From contig CBDCWG010000012.1 of NCBI GenBank assembly GCA_965223345.1, forward strand, positions 448,001 to 512,000: DNA of 64,000 nt. The letters run 5' to 3'. Every line of letters begins with the position of its first letter. Position 1 is the first letter of the stretch. The notes under the pieces are model-generated. The model made no database searches. It was not told where the DNA came from and was given only the letters and a program-made list of their open reading frames with translations. Positions 11,176 to 22,572 of this stretch are shown piece after piece. The stretch is from Nitrospinales bacterium. Its GTDB lineage: Bacteria; Nitrospinota; Nitrospinia; Nitrospinales; VA-1. A program made the translations under genes and the position numbers.

Positions 11176-12645
11176 ATGAAAAATCAATTTCAGTTTTTCT
11201 TTGACAGTGAAAAACGCCCCAAGGTGCTGGTGGCCGGCGACCTCATTCTCGACGAGTACCTGTGGGGCGGCGTGAGCCGCATCTCGCCGGAAGCGCCGGT
11301 GCCGGTTCTGGAAACCCGTTCGGAAAACCTGTCTCTGGGCGGCGCGGCCAATGTGGCGAACAACCTGGTGGCGCTGGGTTGCGAGGTGTACCTGGTCGGC
11401 GCGATCGGCCAGGACGAAAAGGGCGACAAGCTTTTGGAACTCATCCGCGATGGAGGCATCCACACGGAAGGGATCTTCCGCTTCGTGCACCGGCCGACGA
11501 CGTCGAAGATGCGCATCATCGCGCACAACCAGCAGATCCTGAGGATCGACAAGGAAGACAACCGCCCGATCACCGAAGGGACGGAAAAAAAGATCGTCCA
11601 GTTCATCAACCAGACCGTGCCGGAGATGGACGGCGTCATCTGTTCGGATTACCAGAAAGGCGTGCTGTCGGAGAAGGTGCTCAAAAACCTCATGCAGCGG
11701 GCGCGCAGCAGCAAGAAAAAGGTGATCGTCGATCCCAAGAGCGCCGACTTCGCCCTGTACAAGGGCGCGACGGTCCTCACCCCCAACCAGGCGGAGGTGG
11801 AGCGGTCGGTGCCGATCAAAGTGAAAAGCATGGAGGACCTCGAACGCGCGGCGCACTACCTGTTGACGCTCACCAAGGCCGAGGCGCTTCTGGTCACGCG
11901 CGGCAAGGACGGCATGATCCTCTACGGCCACAAGGGCAAACCGGTGGAGATCCCCACGGTTGCGCGCGAGGTCTACGATGTGACCGGCGCGGGCGACACG
12001 GTGGTCAGCGTGTTCGGCATGGCGCTGTTCGTCGGGTTCGACTTCCGCGATTCGGCCTGGCTCTCCAACATGGCCGGCAGCATCGTCGTGGGCAAGGTGG
12101 GCACGGCGGTGGTGACGCTGAACGAGATCAACGATTACCTGCAGGAGGAGATGCTGCACACCTCGCAGACGGTGCTCGAGCTGGAGGATCTGAAAAAACG
12201 CGTCAGCCTGGCGAAGAGCACGGGCAAGACCGTGGTGTTCACCAACGGCTGCTTCGATCTCATCCACGGCGGGCACATCGAGTTTCTGCAGAAAGCCAAG
12301 GCCAAGGGCGACCTGCTCATCGTCGGGCTCAACAGCGACGCTTCGGTTCAGGCGCTCAAGGGCAAGGGCCGGCCGATCAAGAGCGAGCGCGAGCGCGCCA
12401 ACATCCTGTCCGCGCTCAAGTACATCGATTACATCACGGTGTTCGACGAGGCCACGCCGGAAGCGCTGATCCGGCAGATCCGTCCCGACATTCTGGTCAA
12501 GGGCGACGACTACAAGATCGACGAGGTGGTGGGGCGGGAGATCGTCGAAGGTTACGGCGCGCGCGTCGAGCTCATCCCCATCGTGCAGGGCCACTCCACG
12601 ACCAAAACCCTGGAAAAAATTCTCGAGAACCACAAGACGGAGTGA
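11176..12645 (+). CDS. hldE: Bifunctional heptose-7-P kinase / heptose-1-P adenylyltransferase
   Basis: RISPEAPVPV, DVTGAGDTV (PfkB kinase) plus TNGCFDLIHGGH (adenylyltransferase). Confidence 0.96.
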   Translation: MKNQFQFFFDSEKRPKVLVAGDLILDEYLWGGVSRISPEAPVPVLETRSENLSLGGAANVANNLVALGCEVYLVGAIGQDEKGDKLLELIRDGGIHTEGIFRFVHRPTTSKMRIIAHNQQILRIDKEDNRPITEGTEKKIVQFINQTVPEMDGVICSDYQKGVLSEKVLKNLMQRARSSKKKVIVDPKSADFALYKGATVLTPNQAEVERSVPIKVKSMEDLERAAHYLLTLTKAEALLVTRGKDGMILYGHKGKPVEIPTVAREVYDVTGAGDTVVSVFGMALFVGFDFRDSAWLSNMAGSIVVGKVGTAVVTLNEINDYLQEEMLHTSQTVLELEDLKKRVSLAKSTGKTVVFTNGCFDLIHGGHIEFLQKAKAKGDLLIVGLNSDASVQALKGKGRPIKSERERANILSALKYIDYITVFDEATPEALIRQIRPDILVKGDDYKIDEVVGREIVEGYGARVELIPIVQGHSTTKTLEKILENHKTE

Positions 12646-12669
12646 TGCGCCAAAGACGGCGTGCTCCTC

Positions 12670-13644
12670 TCAATCCTCGCCCAACCGCTTTCCCGCAATC
12701 AGAAAATTCTGCACGTAATCGCGGATGCCTTCTTCCAACGAAGTGGCTGCGTCGGCATAACCCGCTCGTTTGATTTTGTCCATCGCCGCCTCGGTGTGGT
12801 ACTGGTACTGGTCGCGGATGGAGCCGGGCATGTCGATGTATTCGATGTTCGCCTCCCGGCCCATCGCGGCAAACAAGGCGGCGGCGAGGTCGTTCCAGTT
12901 GCGCGCGGTTCCCGAACCCACGTTGAACAGGCCCAACACGCCGGGATGATCGAGGAAAAACAGCGTCATCGCCACGGCGTCTTTGATGTATAAAAAATCC
13001 CGCTCCTGCGCCCCATCTGCATATTGCGGTTTGTAGGATTTGAACAGCCGCATCTTTCCGGTTTCTTTGATCTGGAAGTAGCCTTTGCGGATCAGGCTCT
13101 GCATATCGCCTTTGTGGTATTCGTTGGGGCCGTACACGTTGAAGTATTTGAGGCCGACGATGTGTTCGAAGGCTTTTTCTTCGCGCGCCCACAGATCGAA
13201 GTCCTGCTTGCTTTTGCCGTACAGGTTGAGCGGCTTGAGCGCATCGATCGCGGTTTCATCGTCGTCGTATCCCTGCGCGCCGTCGCCGTAGGTGGCGGCG
13301 CTGGATGCGTAGATGAAACGAATGTCCTTTTCCAGGGCGTAACGGGCCAGGGCCTTGGTGTATTCGAGGTTGTTCTTGCGCAGGTAGTCCCAGTCGGTCT
13401 CGGTGGTGGAGGAACAGGCCCCCATGTGCAGGATCGCATCGAATGCGGGAAGGCGGCTCTGGCGCAGGTTGGCGAGGAAGGTGATCTTATCCTGAATGGC
13501 AGCGTACTTCAGAGCCGCGAGGTTCTGCCGCTTTTCACTATGATCGTCGGCATCGACGATGAAAATCTCGGCGATGCCCCTTTGGTTGAGTTCGTGGACG
13601 AGGGCGCTGCCTATGAATCCCGCGCCGCCGGTGACTGCGATCAT
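12670..13644 (-). CDS. hldD: ADP-L-glycero-D-manno-heptose 6-epimerase
   Basis: TGGAGFIGS, HMGACSSTTE, YASSAATYG, YFNVYGPNEYHKG. Confidence 0.95.
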   Translation of the reverse strand: MIAVTGGAGFIGSALVHELNQRGIAEIFIVDADDHSEKRQNLAALKYAAIQDKITFLANLRQSRLPAFDAILHMGACSSTTETDWDYLRKNNLEYTKALARYALEKDIRFIYASSAATYGDGAQGYDDDETAIDALKPLNLYGKSKQDFDLWAREEKAFEHIVGLKYFNVYGPNEYHKGDMQSLIRKGYFQIKETGKMRLFKSYKPQYADGAQERDFLYIKDAVAMTLFFLDHPGVLGLFNVGSGTARNWNDLAAALFAAMGREANIEYIDMPGSIRDQYQYHTEAAMDKIKRAGYADAATSLEEGIRDYVQNFLIAGKRLGED

Positions 13645-13693
13645 GCGTCCTCACGTGGACCGGGGCGTTTGCGGTGCGCCGCCGGATCGGTGT

Positions 13694-14902
13694 TCAGGGC
13701 TCTTTCTGGGTGTGGAAGAGTTGCTTCCACTTGAGATCGGGCAAAAGGGGTTTATAGGCTTTCTGGGTGGCGTTTTCAACCTGCTTTTGCATGCGGTCGA
13801 TGCGGTTTTGCGGCGCGGGGTGGGTGGAAAGGTATTCCAGCCAGGAATCCTCCGACTTTTCAGACGCTTGTTTCTGTTTTTTCTTTGTGGCCTGCTTGCC
13901 GTTTTTTTCGGAGGGCTCGGCTTTCTCTTCGCCGGTTCCCCAGAACCCTTCCTGTTCTTTTTTGAGCGCTTCGAAAATCCGGATCATGCCCTCAGGGTCG
14001 ATGTTTGCTGCGAGGATCATCTCCATGCCCCTGCGGTCGGCTTCCTCTTCCATGCTGCGGTTGAACTTGAGGCTGTCCAGGCTTCCCGCCAACTCCAGCA
14101 CGCCGTTCATCACGCCGTTCACATCGCCGATCACCAGGGTGGCCAGCATGCCGGAGGCCGCGCCGCGAATGATGCCGCGGGTGGAATGCCTGAGCAGCAC
14201 GTGCTGGATCTCGTGCGCCAACACGCCGGCCAGCTCTTCCGGCGTCTGGGCGGCATTGATGATTCCCTGATACAGCAGAATGGTGCCGCCGGGCAAAGCG
14301 AAGGCGTTGACCATTTCGTCATCGGCGATGTAGACCTTGAAGGTGTAGGGTTGATCCGGAACCGTGGCGAGCAGGCGCTGCATCATGGCGTCGATGGCTT
14401 TCACCTTGCGCGCGTCGCCGCCGCCCACCTGCAGCTCGGAGCCTTCCATGAGGGTGTCGCCCAGTTTGACCTCCCACTCCACCGGCACGTGCTTCGCCGC
14501 CTTGTCGGAAAGGTAGGGCAGACCCAGCGCCCAGATTCCATAGAGAAACAACGGCACGCCCACCAGTCCCAGGACCAGCGCCACGTGACGCCAGGGGCTT
14601 TTGGGTTTCCAGGTGGCGTTGAGACCGCCGGCGGCGGTTTCCTTCAGGCTGGGGAAGAAATCGGGATCCTCGACGATGAGGGATTCGACGCGGGTGCCTT
14701 CGGCTTCCTGGACCGAGTGATGCAGGCGCAGGGAGCCGGAATCGATGGAGCCGCTGCGATCGATCTTGCCGTAGTTCCAGGTGAGGGACTGCCCGCCCGC
14801 GAGCTGGAGCGTCATTTTGTCCGGAGCCAGATGCACGGCGACCGGGTGCTTCTTCGCGGTGCGGCCGTCGTACAGGAAACCGGAAAATTGCAGTTTGCGC
14901 AT
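13694..14902 (-). CDS. M48 family zinc metallopeptidase
   Basis: NAFALPGG, AHEIQH (HExxH), EEEAD, STHP; single TM segment; start uncertain (14902 or 14914). Confidence 0.88.
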   Translation of the reverse strand: MRKLQFSGFLYDGRTAKKHPVAVHLAPDKMTLQLAGGQSLTWNYGKIDRSGSIDSGSLRLHHSVQEAEGTRVESLIVEDPDFFPSLKETAAGGLNATWKPKSPWRHVALVLGLVGVPLFLYGIWALGLPYLSDKAAKHVPVEWEVKLGDTLMEGSELQVGGGDARKVKAIDAMMQRLLATVPDQPYTFKVYIADDEMVNAFALPGGTILLYQGIINAAQTPEELAGVLAHEIQHVLLRHSTRGIIRGAASGMLATLVIGDVNGVMNGVLELAGSLDSLKFNRSMEEEADRRGMEMILAANIDPEGMIRIFEALKKEQEGFWGTGEEKAEPSEKNGKQATKKKQKQASEKSEDSWLEYLSTHPAPQNRIDRMQKQVENATQKAYKPLLPDLKWKQLFHTQKEP

Positions 14903-15028
14903 CGTCACCGCCAAATGCCCGAGTTTCGGGCTCCGAAGGGAACGGGTGTGGTGTTCACAGTATACAGGAGTGGCGTCAAACCGGATGCGCTCTCTCTTGT
15001 GAGGGAGCGCACCCGGTGAAAGGACGGA

Positions 15029-16252
15029 TCAACCGATGTCCATGGGGAGGTCGAAGGCGTCTGCGGCCGCATCTCCCAGGGCGCCGGATTTCTGCATCTC
15101 CTGGATGACCCAGTCGATCTGCACGTCGCCGTCCAGGCGCAGGTGCCGGGTGAAGAATTTCATGTTGCGCACCTGCACCCAGGGAATTCCCATGCCCAGC
15201 GTGAAAATCACGATGAACAGATTGCCCAGATGCAGCGCGAAGAAATCCATGCCCGTCGCGCTGAAGCGGAACTTGCCGCCGGCCATGCGGGTGTTCTGCC
15301 AGAAATACCGGGTTGCGTACGCGTGCCACCAGAACCAGTACAGGCCCAGGGTCAGGATGATGAGAACATAGGAAATGCAGAATTTCTTGAAGATCTCGCG
15401 GCCTTCGCCGGTGAACTCAAACTGCAGGTTGCCGAAATGGGTGTTTTCGCGCCAGAACCGCTCCATATGGTTGCGGATATAGGGGTAGTAAAAACCCAGG
15501 GTCAGGATGTTCAGAAAAAAGTTTTTCAGGCTGAGAACGATGGCGGCCTTTTTCTCGCCGCGAAAGGAAAAACGGATGCCCCGCCACGACGTGCGCGACC
15601 ACAGATAGCGCATCGCCCCCACCATGAATACCGGAAACAGGACGAGGTAAAACCCGATGATGAACACGGTACCCAGGATATCCTGCAGTTCGGGGGCCAT
15701 GATCTGCACGCCGACCAGCACACCGATGGCAAGAATGAGGAACAGGGAGAACTTCATGAAACCCATCAAGAGTTCCTTGGGGGTGCCGTGGTACTCGAAC
15801 GGATCGCCGGCAAAATGGGTGTTGGACCAGATGTAATTGCGCACCTTGGTCTTGGCCCAGAAATGGTAAATCCCCAGGGTGAAGACGCGCTTGATCCAGT
15901 TGGTGAGGAACAGCATGAACAGCTCGCCGCCTTTTCCGGAAAAGCTCAGATCCAGCCCCGGACCGGAGTGGCCCATGGCGGAATCCGCTTCGCCGTACGC
16001 GTCGTCCATTGACGCCTCGTCTCCAGGAGACACCATCTGCGCCTGAAACCCGAGGCTGTTGAGGTACTGCACCGCAGTCGCCGCCTGCCGGTCGGACACC
16101 GGGTGCTCGAACTTCCAGGAATCGCCATCGCTCAGGCGTCGCAGGATGTCCGCGCCCTGCTCCACGGTCATGCGGAACACTTTCGCCATTTTCTCGACGG
16201 CCAGGTCCTCATCCGGGCCATCCCATGCATTTAAAACGATCACTTGACTCAT
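15029..16252 (-). CDS. YjgN (DUF898) family inner-membrane protein with extra N-terminal domain
   Basis: FSGKGGELF, TLGIYHFWAK, repeated LTLG.Y.W units; adjacent M48 partner. Confidence 0.88.
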   Translation of the reverse strand: MSQVIVLNAWDGPDEDLAVEKMAKVFRMTVEQGADILRRLSDGDSWKFEHPVSDRQAATAVQYLNSLGFQAQMVSPGDEASMDDAYGEADSAMGHSGPGLDLSFSGKGGELFMLFLTNWIKRVFTLGIYHFWAKTKVRNYIWSNTHFAGDPFEYHGTPKELLMGFMKFSLFLILAIGVLVGVQIMAPELQDILGTVFIIGFYLVLFPVFMVGAMRYLWSRTSWRGIRFSFRGEKKAAIVLSLKNFFLNILTLGFYYPYIRNHMERFWRENTHFGNLQFEFTGEGREIFKKFCISYVLIILTLGLYWFWWHAYATRYFWQNTRMAGGKFRFSATGMDFFALHLGNLFIVIFTLGMGIPWVQVRNMKFFTRHLRLDGDVQIDWVIQEMQKSGALGDAAADAFDLPMDIG

Positions 16253-16666
16253 GAAGACTCCTCCTCCGTCTCAATGGGTGTTTCCGTTTTTTCGGCCGGT
16301 CCCGCGTCGCCACATTTCGGGACCCTGAATCATCGACAATTAAAAATCCGCAAACGCAGCTGCGCAGGATAAAAAACCGCGCGCCTTCACGTCCGGAAAA
16401 AATATTTTCAACTTGGTTTGTGTGACCCCAAAAGATTCCAACCCCTTTAAATACAGTAACATGAATTGCCCGGCCCGTCCATAAGAGATTGAATTTAAAA
16501 CACTTTTTCGCCTCCGGGCGGCAACGCCCGCCGCCTCTGAAAAGAGGGAACGGCAACCCCTCGATGCGGTTTTTTGCGATTCAGGGGCCGATAATTGAAC
16601 GGCTTTCGCGGTTTTTCGCTGCGAAAGGGAGACGACAGGCCGCGGCAATCGTGATATGATGCATAT

Positions 16667-18055
<1,389 letters not shown>

Positions 18056-18171
18056 CAAAGGAATCACTTTTCTCGCAATAATGTTGCACTTATTCCCCAT
18101 TTTTTGATCGCACGATCCGGCTTTCCCCGCTGCCCCCTGATTTTAACGCCTCTGCGCCCCGCCCCCTCCCA

Positions 18172-18187
18172 CGGCACAGGGATTGCT
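18172..18187 (+). promoter_or_regulatory. Candidate sigma54 -24/-12 promoter for DUF4912-GH57
   Basis: CGGCAC-AGGGA-TTGCT, exact GG-N10-GC spacing, about 55 nt before ATG 18243. Confidence 0.65.
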
Positions 18188-18242
18188 CTTAGGTAGGCAG
18201 CGTTTATCGAAACCTTTTGACCGATTCCATTCGAGGACCCGC

Positions 18243-19559
18243 ATGCCCAAACCCAGTCTCAGCAAAATGACCAAAGCCGAGCTCATCGAACTGGCGCGCA
18301 AGCGCAAGGTCGCCATCAAAACCTCCATGCTCAAGGCGGAAATTCTCGTCCTGCTGGAAAAGCACGAAAAATCCACCGCCAGAGCGAAAAAGAAGGTGAC
18401 CGCCAAAACTGCCGCCGGCAAGGGGAAAAAGACCCCGGTGAAAAAGGCGGCTCCGGCCGCGAAGAAATCCCCTGCGGCCAAAAAGGCCAAACCCAAAATT
18501 GCAAAACCGGCTGCGGCCAAAACCCAAAAAGCCGCCGCCAAAAAAGCGGTGGCGAAAAAACCCGCAAAGCCCGCCGGCAAGACCGCGCTGTTTTCCCCCT
18601 GGCCGCGTGCGGCTGAGCAAAAACCCGCCGCGGACGTCGCATCGTCCGTCGGTCTGCCGCACGGCGAAATCGAACTGGAGGACAAGGCGCAGGAAGCCAA
18701 ATTCATCGTCGGCAGCGCCGATCACCACGAACCCTGGGAGGAGACGCATCAGGAGCTGCCCGCCCGCTACGGCGACCACCGACTGGTGCTGCTGGCGCGC
18801 GATCCCTACTGGGTCCACCTTTTCTGGGAACTCGATCCCGGCAAAATCGACGAAGGCCTGGCCTCGCTGGGCTGCTCGATCGAGACGGTGCGCTGCGTGC
18901 TGCGCATCCACCCTCAGTCCGAGGGAGCGGGTTCGGTTTTCGATGTGGACGTGGATTTTCGCACCGGCCGGCATTACCTGGAACTGTCGCCTCCGGGAGC
19001 TTCGTTTTTCGCGGAGATCGGCATGACCGCCCCGAACGGCCGCTTCTATTGCCTGGCGCGCTCCAATTCGGTGACGCTGCCGCGCGACAAACCTTCGGAC
19101 CGCATCGACGAACGCTGGATGACCACGGACGAGGAGTTTGAACGGATCTACCTGCTGTCGGGAGGCCGGGAGGGCAACGGGCTCTCCGGTTCCGAAAGCA
19201 TCGTGAAGCACGAGCACAAGGCGCGCCAGTGGACGCTGGAATTCCCCACCTCTCCGGTGGGCAGCCACGGCTCGGCGTTTCTGGGCGGTGAACGGCAGAA
19301 GGAATTCCGCTTCTGGCTGGATGCGGAGCTGGTGGTGTACGGCGGCGCCGACGCCGGATCGCGCATCGAGCTGGCGGGCAAGGCCGTGGACACGCGCCCG
19401 GACGGCACGTTCACGGTGCGGCTCGCTTTACCGGACGGCCCGCTCCACATCCCGGTGCGCTTCGTATCGCCGGACGGCGAGGAAAGCCACAGCGCCGATG
19501 TGGATGTGACCCGCAAAACCCGGATCGAACAAGACGTGCCGGACTGGCAACTCTATTAG
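18243..19559 (+). CDS. DUF4912 protein with Rho-N-like N-terminus and Lys/Ala/Pro-rich linker
   Basis: LSKMTKAELIELAR (Rho N-terminal-like); ELPARYG..RLVLLARDPYW...FWE and ARSN.V..P (DUF4912); C-terminal DAELVVYG...PDGTF. Confidence 0.85.
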   Translation: MPKPSLSKMTKAELIELARKRKVAIKTSMLKAEILVLLEKHEKSTARAKKKVTAKTAAGKGKKTPVKKAAPAAKKSPAAKKAKPKIAKPAAAKTQKAAAKKAVAKKPAKPAGKTALFSPWPRAAEQKPAADVASSVGLPHGEIELEDKAQEAKFIVGSADHHEPWEETHQELPARYGDHRLVLLARDPYWVHLFWELDPGKIDEGLASLGCSIETVRCVLRIHPQSEGAGSVFDVDVDFRTGRHYLELSPPGASFFAEIGMTAPNGRFYCLARSNSVTLPRDKPSDRIDERWMTTDEEFERIYLLSGGREGNGLSGSESIVKHEHKARQWTLEFPTSPVGSHGSAFLGGERQKEFRFWLDAELVVYGGADAGSRIELAGKAVDTRPDGTFTVRLALPDGPLHIPVRFVSPDGEESHSADVDVTRKTRIEQDVPDWQLY

Positions 19560-19620
19560 CCATCGAACGCCCCAAGCCGATGACCGGCAGCGGGGCTCAC
19601 TCAACAGGAGAATCAAGTCT

Positions 19621-21216
19621 GTGAACTCGACACCCAAAGGATACCTCGCGCTGGTCCTGCACGCGCACCTGCCCTTCGTCCGCCATCCGGAGTACGACGA
19701 GTTTCTGGAAGAGGACTGGCTGTACGAAGCGATCACCGAAACCTACATCCCGCTGATCAATATCTTCGACGGCCTGGTGCAGGACGCGGTGCCGTTCAAA
19801 CTGACCATGACGCTGACGCCGACGCTGCTGTGCATGCTGAGCGACCCCCTGCTGCAGGAGCGCTACCGGCGCTTTTTGGACAAGTCCATCGAGCTTTCGC
19901 ACAAGGAACTCGAGCGCACCCGCATGCAGCCGGAGTTTCACCGCACCGCCCAGCTTTATCACTGGCGGCTGGGGCGCTCGCGGGAAACGTTCGTCAACCA
20001 GTATCAGAACAACCTGATCCACGCGTTCAAAAAGTTTCAGGAGCTGGGGCATCTGGATCTCATCACCTGCGGCGCCACGCACGGCTACCTGCCACTCATG
20101 AACCTCAAGCCGGAAGCGGTGCGGGCGCAGATTCAAACGGCGGTCGCCACGCACGAGCGGCACCTGGGCGTCAAACCCAAAGGCATCTGGCTGCCGGAAT
20201 GCGGCTACGCGCCGGGGATCGAACGCCATCTGGAGGAAGCGGGCATCCGCTTTTTCTTCACCGACACGCACGGCGTGCTGCACGCGAACCCGCGGCCGCG
20301 CTACGGCGTGTTCGCGCCGCTGTACTGCCCCAACGGGGTGGCCGCGTTCGGCCGCGACGTCGATTCCTCCAAACAGGTGTGGAGCGCCAAGGAGGGTTAT
20401 CCCGGCGACGCCAACTACCGCGAGTATTACCGCGACATCGGGTTCGACCTGGACTACGACTACATCCGGCCCTACATCGCCGCCACCGGCGAGCGCAAGA
20501 TGACCGGCTTCAAATACCATCGCATCACCGGGGAAACGGACCAGAAAGCGCCCTACGATCCCGACCGGGCGGTGGCGAAGGCCGCCGAGCACGCGGGCAA
20601 TTTCATGTTCTACCGGGAAAAACAGGTGGAGCACCTGGCCGGGGTTCTGGGCAAACCGCCGCTCATCGTCGCGCCCTACGACGCGGAGCTGTTCGGCCAC
20701 TGGTGGTTCGAGGGTCCGGACTGGCTCAATTTCCTCATCCGCAAAATCGCCTTCGACCAGGACACGATCGAGCTCACCCGGCCGACCGATTACCTGCGCC
20801 AGTTCCCAACGCACCAGGTGGCGGAACCGGCGGAATCGAGCTGGGGCTACAAGGGATTTCACGAGTACTGGCTGGGCAACCCGAACGACTGGATCTACCG
20901 GCACCTGCTCAAGGGCGCGGAACGCATGGTGCAGCTCGCGGAGAGCCACCCGCACGCGGACGGGGTCACGGAACGGGCGCTCAATCAGGCGGCGCGCGAG
21001 CTTCTGCTCGCCCAGGGCAGCGACTGGGCCTTCATCATGACCTCGGGAACGATGGTCGAGTACGCCGTCAAGCGCACGCGCGACCACCTGAACCGCTTCA
21101 ACGGGCTGTACGAGGGAATCCGCCATCGCAACCTCGACGAGCGCTGGCTGGCGGAGCTGGAACGGCGGGACAACGTGTTTCCGAACGTCGATTACCGGGT
21201 GTACGCGCCCAACTAG
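19621..21216 (+). CDS. GH57 1,4-alpha-glucan branching enzyme (DUF1957)
   Basis: LHAHLPFVRH, ETYIPL, GIWLPECGY (nucleophile Glu), PYDAELFGHWWFEG (acid/base Asp), AQGSDWAFI. Confidence 0.93.
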   Translation: MNSTPKGYLALVLHAHLPFVRHPEYDEFLEEDWLYEAITETYIPLINIFDGLVQDAVPFKLTMTLTPTLLCMLSDPLLQERYRRFLDKSIELSHKELERTRMQPEFHRTAQLYHWRLGRSRETFVNQYQNNLIHAFKKFQELGHLDLITCGATHGYLPLMNLKPEAVRAQIQTAVATHERHLGVKPKGIWLPECGYAPGIERHLEEAGIRFFFTDTHGVLHANPRPRYGVFAPLYCPNGVAAFGRDVDSSKQVWSAKEGYPGDANYREYYRDIGFDLDYDYIRPYIAATGERKMTGFKYHRITGETDQKAPYDPDRAVAKAAEHAGNFMFYREKQVEHLAGVLGKPPLIVAPYDAELFGHWWFEGPDWLNFLIRKIAFDQDTIELTRPTDYLRQFPTHQVAEPAESSWGYKGFHEYWLGNPNDWIYRHLLKGAERMVQLAESHPHADGVTERALNQAARELLLAQGSDWAFIMTSGTMVEYAVKRTRDHLNRFNGLYEGIRHRNLDERWLAELERRDNVFPNVDYRVYAPN

Positions 21217-21378
21217 CTCATCCCACGGAAAGGGACCGGTCAGACGGAACAGGGCCACCAGGGGCCGGATTCGGCACTCCCAACCGCTCATCGAGGCGCA
21301 GCGCGAGTTTGAGCCGGGCCGGTTTATGCGTTATAATTGAATTCTTTCCCCGGTATCCTTTGTATCCACGGTTCACCC

Positions 21379-22572
21379 ATGAAATATTTGATCGTCGTCG
21401 CCGGCGGCCTGACCGACAAGCCGGTGGCGGAAAAAGACAACAAAACGCCGCTCATGCTCTCGGAAACACCGAATCTGGACCGGTTGGCCCGGACGGGCTG
21501 TGCGGGGACGGTGCAGACAATTCCCGAGGATTTTGACGCCGGGGACGACGTGTCGCTGCTGTCCCTGCTCGGTTACGACCCGAAAGCACATCACGCCGCA
21601 CCGGCGGCGCTGGAAGCGGCGGCATTGGGTGTGGAGCTGGGTGAAGGCGAAGTGCCGGTCTGCTGCGATTTCATCAAGCTGCAGTCCAGCCACAACGACA
21701 TGGTGATGAAAGACTTCACCGGCGGCAACCTGTCCAGCGAGGACGCCAGCCTGCTGCTGGAAGCGCTGGAAGAGCAAATCGAGGAGGCGCGGTTTCACGC
21801 GGGCGAAGGGCCGCACAACCTGATGGTGATCGAAAGCCCGCCGCTCAACGGCAAGCTGAATCCGCCGAACGAGCTGATCGGCGAGGGCATCCGCCGGTTT
21901 CTTCCGGAAGGGGAGGAGTTCAAGGACCTGGTCTACATCATGAACCAGGCGCAGATCATCCTGCACAACCACCCCTACAACCGGGACCGGCAGCGGCAGG
22001 GCAAGGACACGATCAACAGCGTCTGGCTCTGGGGAACGGGCAACGCGCGTCCGCTGCCGGCGTTTCACAACCGGTGCGGCAAATCGGGGGCGGTGGTCAC
22101 GCCTTCGCTGCTTTTCACGGGCATGGCCATAGCGGCGGGGATGCACGCGGTGTTTCTGCGGGGATCGCGCGACGCGCTGGCGGAGCGGTTTCGGGAGGCG
22201 GTCGCGAAGGCGCGGGATGCGCTGGACACGCACGATGTGGTCTACCTGCACATTCCGGATGCGGACACGCTGTCTCTCAAAGGCAACATCGACGACAAAA
22301 TCCTCGCGATCGAGGATTTCGACAGCGAAGTGATGGGGCCCGTGCTCGATCTGGTGGAATCGCGCGGCGACGTGAAACTGCTGTGCGCCGTCGGCCACAT
22401 GGCTTCGGTGGTGCACATGAAGTATTCGAAAGACCGGGTGCCGTTTCTGGCGTTTCCGGCACAAAAAGCGAGCGGCCTTGCGGCCTTCGATGAGGATTTC
22501 ATGATGGATTCCCCGAATCATTTTAAAAGCGGGCCGGCTCTGCTCGAAGCGTTTCTTGAGGAGCGTTTGTGA
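21379..22572 (+). CDS. ApgM-type cofactor-independent phosphoglycerate mutase-like protein, catalytically degenerate
   Basis: Overall ApgM pattern (KTPL..TPNLD.LA..G..G, LLGYDP, NSVWLWG, KILAIEDFD, VPF) with catalytic residues substituted. Confidence 0.85.
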   Translation: MKYLIVVAGGLTDKPVAEKDNKTPLMLSETPNLDRLARTGCAGTVQTIPEDFDAGDDVSLLSLLGYDPKAHHAAPAALEAAALGVELGEGEVPVCCDFIKLQSSHNDMVMKDFTGGNLSSEDASLLLEALEEQIEEARFHAGEGPHNLMVIESPPLNGKLNPPNELIGEGIRRFLPEGEEFKDLVYIMNQAQIILHNHPYNRDRQRQGKDTINSVWLWGTGNARPLPAFHNRCGKSGAVVTPSLLFTGMAIAAGMHAVFLRGSRDALAERFREAVAKARDALDTHDVVYLHIPDADTLSLKGNIDDKILAIEDFDSEVMGPVLDLVESRGDVKLLCAVGHMASVVHMKYSKDRVPFLAFPAQKASGLAAFDEDFMMDSPNHFKSGPALLEAFLEERL

